Assembly (NCBI GenBank): GCA_046757525.1
Contig: JBHHYI010000003.1
Location: 1-60,110 of the forward strand
Source of the DNA: a bacterium
GTDB taxonomy: Bacteria; Zhuqueibacterota; Zhuqueibacteria; Oceanimicrobiales; Oceanimicrobiaceae
Reading direction: 5' to 3'
DNA: 60,110 nucleotides
How positions within the stretch are numbered: the first letter of the stretch is position 1; each line of letters starts with the position of its first letter. The translations under genes and the position numbers were made by a program. Positions 1 to 9,053 of the stretch are shown piece by piece. The notes under the pieces were generated by a model. The model saw nothing but the letters and a program-made list of their open reading frames with translations, was not told the DNA's origin and made no database searches.

Positions 1-2
1 AT

Positions 3-662
3 GCAACCAGTGCGGAGGAGATTGAAAATCTGGAAGAATATGTGGGCCAGAAGGCCGTGGTGACAAGAGCGATAACTCTAAACAAAAAAGGCAAAGTGCA
101 GTTTCACGGCACCGACTGGGAGGCAGAGGCCTACGAAAACCTTGCGGAAGGCACTGCCGTGGATAAGGCATCCGATCCCTGGGGTGTAAAGGTGACACGG
201 TATGAAGTCAAGAACATCGTGCCGCCGCAGAGCATAAAGGATGCCATGGAAAAGCAGATGCGTGCTGTGCGGGAAAAACGCGCCATGATCGCAGAATCGG
301 AAGGGGACAAACAGGCCAAGATTAACCGGGCAGAGGGGGACAAGCAGGAAGCGATTGCGCGTTCGGAAGGCGAAAAACAGCGACGGATCAACGAAGCGGA
401 AGGCCGAGCGAAAGAAATCGAAAGTGTGGCCGTAGCAACGGCCAATGGCATTCGAGAGATTGCCGAAGCCATCAACCAACAAGGTGGCTTGAACGCGGTA
501 AACATGCGCATCGCCGAACAATACTTGAGTGAATTCGGCAAGCTGGCCAAGGCCAACAATTCCATGATCATTCCTTCAAACCTGTCCGATTTAGCCGGAA
601 TAATCAAGGCGGCGACCTCCGTGATCCAATCTCAAAAGAATAGTCAGGAGGTACAGGCGTAA
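3..662 (+). CDS. Chimeric NfeD-like C-terminus fused in frame to the C-terminal third of an SPFH/band-7 (QmcA/stomatin-like) protein; 5' end lies outside the window
   Basis: The frame is open from the window edge. GQKAVVTRAI..KGKVQFHGTDWEAEA..LAEGTAV matches the NfeD C-terminal OB-fold signature. From about nt 162, DPWGVKVTRYEVKNIVPPQSIKDAMEKQMRAVREKRA plus AEG-x-KQ repeats and the tail match only the distal part of SPFH proteins. The SPFH membrane anchor and core are absent. Confidence 0.6.
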   Translation, partial: ATSAEEIENLEEYVGQKAVVTRAITLNKKGKVQFHGTDWEAEAYENLAEGTAVDKASDPWGVKVTRYEVKNIVPPQSIKDAMEKQMRAVREKRAMIAESEGDKQAKINRAEGDKQEAIARSEGEKQRRINEAEGRAKEIESVAVATANGIREIAEAINQQGGLNAVNMRIAEQYLSEFGKLAKANNSMIIPSNLSDLAGIIKAATSVIQSQKNSQEVQA

Positions 663-696
663 ACTCCAGGTGTGGTAGCAGGCCCACGGCTGATGG

Positions 697-1278
697 CTAC
701 GGGTGTCTGCTTTCCCAGGCACAGACGATGACGTGCGACTCCCGGGGACCGTGCACACCCAGAAACAGTTTCATTTCGATGTCGGCCGTGCGGCTCGGCC
801 CTGAGATGAAGGTCAGGTTGCAGTAGCGCGGATGCTGCTTGTGTATTTCGCGTATTCTCGGTGCGGTTTCGGCCAGAGAAGGTACGATGTGTGCAGCGGG
901 GACAAACGCGATGTGCACGCGCGGCAACGTGGACACGAGACGGTGGCTGTCTTCGGTGGTGACCTCCACGATGGTGCCGGTAAAAGCAATGGCAAATGCA
1001 GCGGTGGAAATCCCCACATCCGCCTGATTGATGGCGTGTGCGATTCCAGGCAAATGGTCGTCAATCGCCACTGTCCCAACGTTCATCCGGGACAAACGCC
1101 GCTGCACTTTCGTCTCCAGGTTCTCTGGCAGCGGAGCCAAAACGGCCGTGCTGCACTCACTGCTCGAAATGATGTCCCCCACATGCTCAACCGCTTGATC
1201 CAGGCTTTCGGCTAAATACACGCAGCCAGCAAGCTTCTCATAGTTCTGTTTGAAAAGAGAATAGTGGTCCGCAGTCAT
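697..1278 (-). CDS. LUD-domain protein (LutC/YkgG family)
   Basis: 193-aa ORF with the C-terminal FISGPSRTADIE..LGVHGPRE motif typical of LUD/DUF162 proteins. Its start overlaps the thiL stop by 4 nt. Confidence 0.7.
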   Translation of the reverse strand: MTADHYSLFKQNYEKLAGCVYLAESLDQAVEHVGDIISSSECSTAVLAPLPENLETKVQRRLSRMNVGTVAIDDHLPGIAHAINQADVGISTAAFAIAFTGTIVEVTTEDSHRLVSTLPRVHIAFVPAAHIVPSLAETAPRIREIHKQHPRYCNLTFISGPSRTADIEMKLFLGVHGPRESHVIVCAWESRHP

Positions 1279-2285
1279 GATCTAAGATGATCGTAGCCTT
1301 TATCCTGGAGCGGAATTCTCTGGCCGGATGTTCGTTTCAAACTAATACCCGCTGGCTCTTCGACGACCTTCCCAATTTGCGTGCAAGCCATGCCAAACTT
1401 TTCTTGAAAAAGCGTTGCCAATTTTTGCCCATCTGTCTCCCGGGCGCTGAAAAGCAACTCAAAGTCCTCGCCGCCGTTCAAGGCATACTCTGAAGAAGTC
1501 TCTCCCAACAACTCAGCAATCGCCCGGGTGTCCTGATCGAGCGGAATGTTCTGTTCAAATAGCACGGCCCCGACTCTGCTACTGGCGCAAATGTGGTGAA
1601 CCTCGGCAGCGAGGCCGTCGCTGATATCGATCATGGCGTGGAGGCTGAACTGTTCGACCAAAAAACGCGCCTCATTCAGCCGGGGCTCGGGCTTCAGGTG
1701 TTTGTGCACCGCGGCCGGAAATTTTTCCACCAGCGAGGCGTCAGCCGCAGTGAGGACTTTCAATCCTGCACAGGCCGCCCCTAACGTGCCGGTGACAAAC
1801 AGGGCATCGCCGACTTTGGCATTGCTGCGACAGGCTACCTGCCGTGCAGCAGCCTGACCGATTACAGCAAGCGAAAGGTAGAGTCGGTCTGGAGCGCGGG
1901 TGGTGTCGCCGCCGATGATAGCCACCTGATATTTGTCCGTCAAAGCCTTCATGCCACGATACAGCTCCTCAACCGATTCTACTTGCAAAGTTCGTGGCAG
2001 CCCTAAGGCGACCAGTACAAAGCTGGGCCAGCCACCCATGGCGGCGATGTCGCTGAGATTCACCGCCATCGCCCGCCAGCCCAGATCGTAAAAGGTAAAA
2101 TAGCTCAGGTTGAAATGCACCCCCTCGATCAGGGTGTCTGTGGAAAGAAGTAGGGTTTGGTCATTCGCGGTTCTCAAGACGGCGCAGTCGTCGCCTATTC
2201 CCGCTATAATATCTTCGGCCGAGACCTGAACGATTTCCTTGATGCGCTGGATCAGGCCAAACTCGCCAAGTTGCTGCAAGTCCAT
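1275..2285 (-). CDS. thiL: Thiamine-monophosphate kinase
   Basis: 336 aa. N-terminal EFGLIQRI..IGDDCAVL..STDTLIEGVHF and the downstream AIR-synthase-like layout are typical of ThiL. Confidence 0.9.
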   Translation of the reverse strand: MDLQQLGEFGLIQRIKEIVQVSAEDIIAGIGDDCAVLRTANDQTLLLSTDTLIEGVHFNLSYFTFYDLGWRAMAVNLSDIAAMGGWPSFVLVALGLPRTLQVESVEELYRGMKALTDKYQVAIIGGDTTRAPDRLYLSLAVIGQAAARQVACRSNAKVGDALFVTGTLGAACAGLKVLTAADASLVEKFPAAVHKHLKPEPRLNEARFLVEQFSLHAMIDISDGLAAEVHHICASSRVGAVLFEQNIPLDQDTRAIAELLGETSSEYALNGGEDFELLFSARETDGQKLATLFQEKFGMACTQIGKVVEEPAGISLKRTSGQRIPLQDKGYDHLRS

Positions 2286-2288
2286 GAA

Positions 2289-2681
2289 TCAGCTAATCCG
2301 AACGAAGACGCGCCGGGTTCTGGGCCCGTCGAATTCGCAAAAGAAGAGAGCCTGCCAGGTTCCCAACAGCAACTGGCCGCCGCGAACCAGCACGGTAACA
2401 GAGGCGCCCATCATGCTGGCTTTGATGTGGGCGGCTGAATTGCCTTCGGCGTGCGCATAGCCATCCTCGAATGGCACCATCTTATTTAGCTCCATGATCA
2501 TGTCTCGCACAACATCCGGGTCGGCCCCTTCGTTTATGGTAATTCCTGCCGTCGTATGTGGGACGTAGACCTGGCAGACGCCATCTTTCACGCCGCTTTC
2601 ACCCACAACTCTTTGCACCGGTTGGGTAATCTTTACGAATTCAACCCGCTCATGGGTCTTTATGGAAAAATCTCTAATCAT
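2289..2681 (-). CDS. YjbQ/UPF0047 family protein (secondary thiamine-phosphate synthase family)
   Basis: Carries the HTTAGITINEGADPDV .. EGNSAAHIKAS .. LLLGTWQALFFCEFDGPR signature. The ATG at 2681 (MIRDFSIKT) is preferred over the ORF-track start at 2699. Confidence 0.85.
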   Translation of the reverse strand: MIRDFSIKTHERVEFVKITQPVQRVVGESGVKDGVCQVYVPHTTAGITINEGADPDVVRDMIMELNKMVPFEDGYAHAEGNSAAHIKASMMGASVTVLVRGGQLLLGTWQALFFCEFDGPRTRRVFVRIS

Positions 2682-3744
2682 CGATGTAATACCTCTCATT
2701 CAAGAAAATGCCAGCGAACTCAATCTTAGGTCGATTGACCAGAAGAAATTCTTTGATCGTTTGGGGGGAGACGAAATAAGCGGTGCCGTAGTCGACCATC
2801 CGTTTGTTTTCCACCACGAGATGCTGAATGTCTTCCACTTGCAGTCTTTGACCTTCGGCGATAGGTTCGGTCACGGTTACGTAATTCAGAACGCTGAAAG
2901 GCACGCTTTTTACCAAACCGACAAAAGCTAACCGCGCTTTTCCCGACTCCTTCCTGATGCAAAACACCGGCCCCCCTGAGAAGCCCTTGCGCACCACTGC
3001 ATCGACGGCCAGGGTGTTCGGATACGGAGACTCGCTGATCCAGCCGCCAGTCATCTGTTTGATTCCTTTGGGATAGCCAAACAAGAATACCCAATCGCCC
3101 CAGCTCAAGCTTTGGTCAAAGCCTAACGGATTGGAGAATTCGATGCCCAGCAAACTGGTGGTCTCAACTTGCAGCACCGCCAAATCGCGACGCTCATCGC
3201 GCACCACCACCCGAGCCCTGGCCCGCCAGCTACTCAAACCCCTGACTGAGATCTTCACTCCCTTGACAATATACCTGGCATAGAGAACGTCCGTGCTCGC
3301 CCCTTCTTCGTCCAAATAATAGAAGTCAATAGTATCTTTCGGGGCAACGAGGTGATTGCTGGTCAGAATGGTGTAGGTGGATCTCAACTTATTGTGTTGG
3401 AGGATGATCCCCCCGCCGGTTTTGCTTTGATCGTCGTATTCCACGCTGATGCCTGCATCGCCATTGGTGGCGTGCAACTTGTACTTGACCGGACTTTGAG
3501 GATCAGGAATGAATTGGCCATTTCGAGTCAAATAATGGTATTTGTGGATCTCATACCTGATTTCTGCAAGAACACCTACGATGGAAGGAGCTACGGACCG
3601 GATATCCACTTTGAGCTCATCAGAAACGAGAGAAACGCCTGTGTGTCTGGCCAGTTTGTGTCCGGCACAACCCGGCAAGACTATTGCAAGCATGCCAACC
3701 AGGTAGCTCCACAGGAAAGGACTTAAATAGCTGCGCGGCCTCAT
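2674..3744 (-). CDS. Trypsin-like (chymotrypsin-fold S1) serine protease, probable lipoprotein
   Basis: Lipobox LPGCAG follows a hydrophobic N-terminus. Catalytic-triad contexts are TSNHLV (His), RRDLAVLQV (Asp) and GFSGGPVF (Ser). Confidence 0.7.
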   Translation of the reverse strand: MRPRSYLSPFLWSYLVGMLAIVLPGCAGHKLARHTGVSLVSDELKVDIRSVAPSIVGVLAEIRYEIHKYHYLTRNGQFIPDPQSPVKYKLHATNGDAGISVEYDDQSKTGGGIILQHNKLRSTYTILTSNHLVAPKDTIDFYYLDEEGASTDVLYARYIVKGVKISVRGLSSWRARARVVVRDERRDLAVLQVETTSLLGIEFSNPLGFDQSLSWGDWVFLFGYPKGIKQMTGGWISESPYPNTLAVDAVVRKGFSGGPVFCIRKESGKARLAFVGLVKSVPFSVLNYVTVTEPIAEGQRLQVEDIQHLVVENKRMVDYGTAYFVSPQTIKEFLLVNRPKIEFAGIFLNERYYIDD

Positions 3745-4175
3745 TTTTTGGTCACGATTTTTGGAATTAGTCTGTGGTTGAACTGAGGCAAATTCTCTTC
3801 CCCCAAACGATTGAGTTCTGCCAGCCCTTGCTCCACGCTTTCCACGATCGCTTCAACGTCGACGCCTAAAAAGGAAGGCTGAAACAGCTTCAGTTTCCAC
3901 AGGGCGTTTTTGAAGTGCTTCTCAGCACCGTGATGAACTTCGCGATCCAGTTGGTGCAGCCCGGCAGCCACTTGAATGAGCCCCTGGAAAAAAATTCTGC
4001 TTCGTTCCGAATGGCGCAGCCAAACGGCTTCCCACGCTTCGTGGGATTCCCAGAATTTGCCGTTATTGAACAATACAATTCCGCGCTCGAAATCTTGCCA
4101 ATCCGAAGCGCTCATTTGCAATTTGTCCAGATGGGAAAAATCCGTTTCCTGGATTCTCTTCTCAACCGTACTCAT
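3741..4175 (-). CDS. DUF309 domain protein
   Basis: FERGIVLFNNGKFWESHEAWEAVW .. FFQGLIQVAAGLH matches the DUF309 signature. The stop overlaps the downstream protease start. Confidence 0.7.
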   Translation of the reverse strand: MSTVEKRIQETDFSHLDKLQMSASDWQDFERGIVLFNNGKFWESHEAWEAVWLRHSERSRIFFQGLIQVAAGLHQLDREVHHGAEKHFKNALWKLKLFQPSFLGVDVEAIVESVEQGLAELNRLGEENLPQFNHRLIPKIVTKK

Positions 4176-4368
4176 GATTAAAACGCTCTGTAATTCAAGA
4201 AGTTGCGATTAGCGGCGGAAGGCATGGCTTTAGCTAATGTTAGGGCTTCGCCTTTTCCCGGGCTGTCCAAGCAAGATCAATACTACCATGCAACAAATAA
4301 TACCGTGCGATTTCAGAAGGTGACCCTCACCTTCACGCCAGATCGTTGGTGGTGAAGACTTCCAACAT

Positions 4369-4437
4369 ACCCCCTGTAAGTCCCCTCGAGAGGAACCCCA
4401 CCCCCCTTGGTCCCCACTTCAGGGGAGTTAGGAGGGT
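4369..4437. repeat. G/C-tract palindromic (REP-like) element
   Basis: Short hairpins CCTC-GA-GAGG and TCCCC-acttca-GGGGA. On the minus strand the motif GAGGGGACTTACAGGGGGT resembles GAGGGGGATTTAGGGGGT at 22550-22567. Confidence 0.3.
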
Positions 4438-4549
4438 GTATGCTTAGAATCTAAACTGGACAGTCGTGCCAATATGTGGTGTTCAAAATGGGACGGAATT
4501 GAAACCTTGCTGAAGTCTTTGACGGATGAATCCGCTACGAATACCCGAC

Positions 4550-4957
4550 TTAGGAGGGTTCTGCCTTCTTCTCCAGGTCGCGACGCCTCGGTCGCACCGG
4601 CTGCTCTTCCTGTACTGGTTCTCGCTGCCACTGCTCTGCGACGATGTTTCGCATGGTCCATTCGGGAGCAATTTCATAAGCTTCCTCGAAGGCAAACATT
4701 TCTATGGTCTCCCAGGGGCAATACTTGGAGCAGAGCGTACATCCTATGCAGCGCGGCAGATCCACCTCTACCAGCTTGTGCACGGTCGCGTTCTCAGGGT
4801 CCGGCCCCGGAACCAGCTCAATGCAGTCCACGGGACAGAAATCTACACAAACCATGCAACCGGTACAGCCACCTTGATTTATGACCGCCAACTGTTTGGG
4901 TCTTCGCTTCACACGTAATTCTGCCGCCTTTTGGTACTTGGCTTCAATTAAGGGCAT
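4550..4957 (-). CDS. 4Fe-4S dicluster ferredoxin-domain protein
   Basis: Two CxxCxxCxxxCP motifs (CTGCMVCVDFCP and CIGCTLCSKYCP). Confidence 0.85.
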   Translation of the reverse strand: MPLIEAKYQKAAELRVKRRPKQLAVINQGGCTGCMVCVDFCPVDCIELVPGPDPENATVHKLVEVDLPRCIGCTLCSKYCPWETIEMFAFEEAYEIAPEWTMRNIVAEQWQREPVQEEQPVRPRRRDLEKKAEPS

Positions 4958-4989
4958 CGAACTTGATCTCCAGGTTGATTCAAAATGGC

Positions 4990-5253
4990 TTATTTGTCCA
5001 GCTTCGTTCTTAGTGCTTTGTAGAGTTCTTGAGCTTCGTTGTACAATTGCTTGCGCTTTTCGAATATCTGCACTTCTGCGCCGAAATTCTCATCCTCCCA
5101 GTAGTCGTCATCTACAAACTCCAGATCCTTGCCGATTAAGGCGAAATGCTCGTGTTTCAGATCAAAATAGGCCCTTTTCACGAACTTGAAATCATTCACC
5201 AACTGAGAGACTTCCCCTAAATCCTGCAAACTGTTGAGCTTCTTGTTCATCAT
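4990..5253 (-). CDS. Hypothetical small acidic protein
   Basis: Only sizeable ORF in this interval. It is co-directional with its neighbours and starts at MMNKKLNSLQ. No motif recognised. Confidence 0.35.
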   Translation of the reverse strand: MMNKKLNSLQDLGEVSQLVNDFKFVKRAYFDLKHEHFALIGKDLEFVDDDYWEDENFGAEVQIFEKRKQLYNEAQELYKALRTKLDK

Positions 5254-5308
5254 GATTTCAAATATAAAACAAATTTTGAAGAAAGGCAATCAATTAATTG
5301 AAAACTAA

Positions 5309-5500
5309 TTCATCTGGTATTTTCCGTTGCACCACTTTCGCGTGTATTTGAATCGCACCATGCAAGCAATTCTGGATTTGCTGGAGTCTAACCAGGCATA
5401 CAAGCATTTCGTTTTCGACAGGCAGACGATCGTTTGGGAAGATTACCTGGAACTGTTCCCACAAGACCCGGAGCGCATTCAAAGGTTGGTATTTGAAGCA
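5309..5500 (+). pseudogene. Remnant of a glycoside hydrolase family 38 (alpha-mannosidase / mannosylglycerate hydrolase-like) N-terminal domain
   Basis: The translation WYFPLHHFRVYLNRTMQAILDLLESNQAYKHFVFDRQTIVWEDYLELFPQDPERIQRLV follows the recalled GH38 N-terminal consensus that comes right after HxHWDREWY (..F..L......L..L......F.LDGQT..LEDYLE..PE....I..LV). An in-frame TAA at 5306-5308 removes the HxHWD part. Similarity fades after about 5500, and the other roughly 900 aa of a normal GH38 are missing. Confidence 0.6.
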
Positions 5501-5578
5501 AATGAACGACCGTGCACAGGCCTTCCTGGAAAAGGCGCTGGAGCCCCTGGCCGTTTACACCTGGGCTTTCGTTTGACC

Positions 5579-7510
5579 TTATTTGATGTACCCCAAGCTG
5601 CGCAACTGCTGTTTTATTTTTTCATCAGAGGGTGAGCTGGTCAACGGTTCGCGAGCCTTGGAGTGGTTGGTTTCGTAGGTAGGAATGAATTTTACCGGAT
5701 GGTCCTGCACGAAGGTGGCACGGAAGGCTTGTTGCAAGACCTTGCCGTCCATATCCTTGCCCACGGGCAGACCTAAGGCGTACAGAATGGTTGGGGTAAT
5801 GTCCAGCACCGAAGCATTTTCAATCTTCGCATTCTTCTTGATTTGTTGGCCGGAGAGAATGATGATGCCTTCAGGGGCAGAGGTGTGATTGCCAGAAACC
5901 CAGAATTCCTCACCGTCTGCGGATTCAAAGCCGTGGTCGCTCAAGACCAGAACCAGGGTATTTTCATCTACCAAATCCAGGAACTTGCCCAAAATCTCGT
6001 CTGTGTAGACGTAGTAATTTGGAATCGTATCTTTGAATCTCGCCAGATTATCCGGCTGAACATCGGTGTAGTCTTGCGGCCGCAACCACCTCCAAAATGC
6101 ATGTTGTACAGGGTCGACACCCTTGAGATACACGGCGAAAACCTGCGGACGGTATTTTTGGTAAAGATACATGCCTAAGTTCATCTTGTTGAGGTCGCGC
6201 AGATAGATCCACCCGAGATGGGACAACGCGGTGGGCACGGTGTTCTCAGGACGCTCGTGTTCATTTTCCACAGGTCTGATCCTTATGGATTCCCGCTGCC
6301 GCAGAACGCTTTGGCGTTCAGAACTGTCCAGGTGCACGAAGCGAAACAGGTCTTGCAAGCGGTCGAACTCACTGCCTGACAGCAACTGCTCTCGTATTTC
6401 TTTAGCCAGGGATTCGGGGTACGTCATGCCCTGGTCCCCGGTAACCGTCTCGTTAACTGTGTCCCACATGTACCTTTCGGACACGATGAATCCGGACACC
6501 TGATCCGCGGGCCAGGACGGCCACCAGCCAATCACTCCGACCGGAACATGGTACTCGTTGCAGATGTTCCAGAAGGCTTTTGTTTGTCTGAGACTGTTGC
6601 TGACCGGGATGGTTTCCAGGCCACAGAAATCTAAGAATTCAGTGGCCCCAAACATCAAAGGATAATAATTCCAGAATGTGGTTGACAGGGTTGGGATTTT
6701 ACGAAAAACGAAATCCATAATGCCATGCTTCTGAAAAGTCTTGCCAGTCGCAATGGACGACCAAATCACCGGGGATTTGGTAGGCTTAAAGGTCTTCAGC
6801 TTACCGGAGACCCCGGAGTGGATCAGGCGGGCAAAATTGGGCACTTTGCCCGCAGCCACCAGGGAATCCAGAACTTGCCAGGTTGCTCCATCCACGCCAA
6901 TGATGACGATTCGAGTAGCGTTCGCTTGTGCCCCGGACCGGCCAGACGCTAAACTCGCTGCCTGGACTTCGTCGGCTTTACTGCGTTTCAGGTGATGTAC
7001 CGCGCTGAAAAAAGCAATCTCCAGGAGGTAAACGCCCACCAGCCAGGGAATCAGAGCTCTTGGTGCTATCCCCCGATTGGGATCTTTCCCGCCTGGAAAA
7101 AATCGCAGCAAGCCAAAAACCAGCAGAGTGGCCGCAGTCATGACCAGGACACAGAGGAGCACCATTCCGGGCGCACGAAATCCCTGAATAAATTTGAGGA
7201 AACTCGGAGTTGCACTGGGATCCAGCCTAATCATTACCAGAAAGGTCGCGGCAACCCAACCCGAAGTGGAAGCCACGACAAACTGTTTGGAGAAGCTCTT
7301 CCTTAACAAGCGGCTGAGAATAAGAATGAGTAGGGAATAAATTAGGCTTGCTGACATCCCCACTAACGCGTACACAAGCGCAGCATAGATTGGCAGAACG
7401 AAAATGTCCGGAAACATCTGGTGTAAGGCAAAAATAGTGTAAGCCCCGGCCGAAATCCCAAAGACAGCACCAACGCCGCAACCCGTCAAGACTGTATTCC
7501 TAAGATGCAT
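5579..7510 (-). CDS. Membrane-anchored alkaline-phosphatase-superfamily enzyme (type I phosphodiesterase/nucleotide pyrophosphatase-like)
   Basis: About 190 aa of multiple hydrophobic helices, followed by the motifs IIGVDGATW .. PTKSPVIWSSIATG .. KHGI and LVLSDHGF. Confidence 0.7.
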   Translation of the reverse strand: MHLRNTVLTGCGVGAVFGISAGAYTIFALHQMFPDIFVLPIYAALVYALVGMSASLIYSLLILILSRLLRKSFSKQFVVASTSGWVAATFLVMIRLDPSATPSFLKFIQGFRAPGMVLLCVLVMTAATLLVFGLLRFFPGGKDPNRGIAPRALIPWLVGVYLLEIAFFSAVHHLKRSKADEVQAASLASGRSGAQANATRIVIIGVDGATWQVLDSLVAAGKVPNFARLIHSGVSGKLKTFKPTKSPVIWSSIATGKTFQKHGIMDFVFRKIPTLSTTFWNYYPLMFGATEFLDFCGLETIPVSNSLRQTKAFWNICNEYHVPVGVIGWWPSWPADQVSGFIVSERYMWDTVNETVTGDQGMTYPESLAKEIREQLLSGSEFDRLQDLFRFVHLDSSERQSVLRQRESIRIRPVENEHERPENTVPTALSHLGWIYLRDLNKMNLGMYLYQKYRPQVFAVYLKGVDPVQHAFWRWLRPQDYTDVQPDNLARFKDTIPNYYVYTDEILGKFLDLVDENTLVLVLSDHGFESADGEEFWVSGNHTSAPEGIIILSGQQIKKNAKIENASVLDITPTILYALGLPVGKDMDGKVLQQAFRATFVQDHPVKFIPTYETNHSKAREPLTSSPSDEKIKQQLRSLGYIK

Positions 7511-7751
7511 ATTTTCCCGATCCCTGTGTGAATAGGTAACAACAAAGTTTTATGCCAGTTCTCATATTATTATCGACGGAAGTAAATATGAGTTAAATAA
7601 GGTTAGCGTTAAAATACTGTACCATCAAAGGGAGTATGTGGGGAAAAGACTACCGGAGTACGGCAGAGGTTGTTGCTGATGAGAGAGGGAGGACCCCGAC
7701 CAAGTGAAAAGGTCCGGGTCTTGAATGAGTTTTAGCCTACGTCAAATCTTC

Positions 7752-8570
7752 TCAGAAGGTTTTGCCATCGGTTCCCACGATCACGTGTGGGATTTTGTGC
7801 AGGTCCCAATCCAAAACCAGGCCTTTGGCGGTTCTCAGTGCGTGCTCTTTCGAGTACAGCTTTTCGACTAAGAAGAGGGCAGGTTCGTAACTGCGCGCAC
7901 CGCCGACGGAGGTGATGAACCTGCCATCCGCGACGAAATTGGCGTCGAAGCGAACACTGACTCGAGGAAACATTTCAGAAAGACGTTTGCGATCAGCCGG
8001 AAAGGTGGTGACCGTGCGCCCGTCTACGGCGCCCGTTGCGGCCAGAGGAAAGGCACCATCGCACACGGTGATCACATACGAGGCCCGGGAGATGGCTCGC
8101 TTGAGCCAGCGCATCAATTCGGCATTTTGCAAATCCGCCGTCATGCTGGTTCCGGTGCTGGGGATGACCAGGATATCGATGGGTGGAACATCTTTAAAAG
8201 AGAAATCGGGAACCATGCGGATGCCTTCGAAAGTCGTGAAGGGCTTACCGTCTGGGGTTACAATAAAGCAGCGAATGTAATTGGTGGAATCGCGGTAGTA
8301 AGAATGCTGCAGCACATCGTACGGGGCCATGAGTTCTGAGTTGTACACCTTATCGACGCAGACGAACCCTGCGTTCAGGATTTGGCCCGTAGGGGAGGCA
8401 GCTTTCTCTGATGGATTCCCATTCTTAGCGAACAATCCCGTCATGGTTAAGGGGTTCAGCGATACAACGATTAACCCAAGTGCAAGGAGTACGCACAAAG
8501 CGATTCTAGTAGGATTGGTGAAAAGAGGACGAAAGTGGTTAATTACTGCTGAGTTGCTCTTAGATTTCAT
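7752..8570 (-). CDS. DJ-1/PfpI family protein with N-terminal signal/anchor
   Basis: VITVCDGAFPLAATG nucleophile-elbow Cys motif. The ATG at 8570 (MKSKSNS) is preferred over the TTG at 8591. Confidence 0.7.
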   Translation of the reverse strand: MKSKSNSAVINHFRPLFTNPTRIALCVLLALGLIVVSLNPLTMTGLFAKNGNPSEKAASPTGQILNAGFVCVDKVYNSELMAPYDVLQHSYYRDSTNYIRCFIVTPDGKPFTTFEGIRMVPDFSFKDVPPIDILVIPSTGTSMTADLQNAELMRWLKRAISRASYVITVCDGAFPLAATGAVDGRTVTTFPADRKRLSEMFPRVSVRFDANFVADGRFITSVGGARSYEPALFLVEKLYSKEHALRTAKGLVLDWDLHKIPHVIVGTDGKTF

Positions 8571-8840
8571 AGCAGGGCCCCTTAAGTGCAAATAATAACG
8601 TTTTCTGAGACCGCCTGCCCACGCTCCAACGGGTTCGCCGTTCAGGAATCGTGCGTAGCGCGGTGTGTCTGCAATGGTTAGTTGGGCTGCCTTCCCTTCA
8701 CTTCAGAGTTGATTGCGACTTCCTGGCAAGGGTGGTCAGAACAATTGCCCCCGCCGCGCGGCCCACAACTGCCGGACTCACAATCAGCCCCAGCGCTGAA
8801 GACTTGTTTACGCTTTTTAGGGGGAGTCTTTGTTTGAAAA

Positions 8841-9053
8841 TTATGCAGCTTCTTGGAGCTTTTTCGTTCTTCTATCCAATGATTGAATTACTTCTTGAAT
8901 TGCGCCCACCTCATGTTTTTCAAAATATACCTCACCACATTGAATGCAAACCCAAGCTGGAATCTCATCAAGAGTCAAATGATAACCTTTTCGATCAATT
9001 TGAAACGGAGCGGACTTACGCTCCATTCTACCTTTGCAGTGAATACACTTCAT
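8841..9053 (-). CDS. YgiT/MqsA-type zinc-finger antitoxin-like protein
   Basis: 70 aa with CxxC ..(x28).. CxxCGE (MKCIHCKG ... WVCIQCGEVYF). It overlaps the upstream DUF4258 gene by 4 nt. Confidence 0.7.
   Translation of the reverse strand: MKCIHCKGRMERKSAPFQIDRKGYHLTLDEIPAWVCIQCGEVYFEKHEVGAIQEVIQSLDRRTKKLQEAA

Noticed and set aside
4428-4918. ORFs 4428-4661, 4474-4884, 4483-4695 and 4526-4918 around the ferredoxin gene.
   Set aside because: They overlap the ferredoxin CDS, which has two clear 4Fe-4S motifs, or the repeat-bearing intergenic region, and their translations are of low complexity.
5327-5635. 102-aa ORF as an intact hypothetical gene.
   Set aside because: Its first 60 residues are a fragment of a GH38 N-terminal domain, and the rest is Gly/Pro/Leu-rich read-through that overlaps the 3' end of the AlkP-family gene. 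It is treated as a pseudogene remnant.
7541-7557. Sigma-54-like motif on the minus strand upstream of the AlkP-family gene (TGGCAT-aaaact-TTGT).
   Set aside because: The spacer is one nucleotide too long, and the -12 element lacks GC. Intragenic TGGCAC hits at about 29224 and about 45424 were also dismissed because of wrong spacing or wrong strand inside a CDS.
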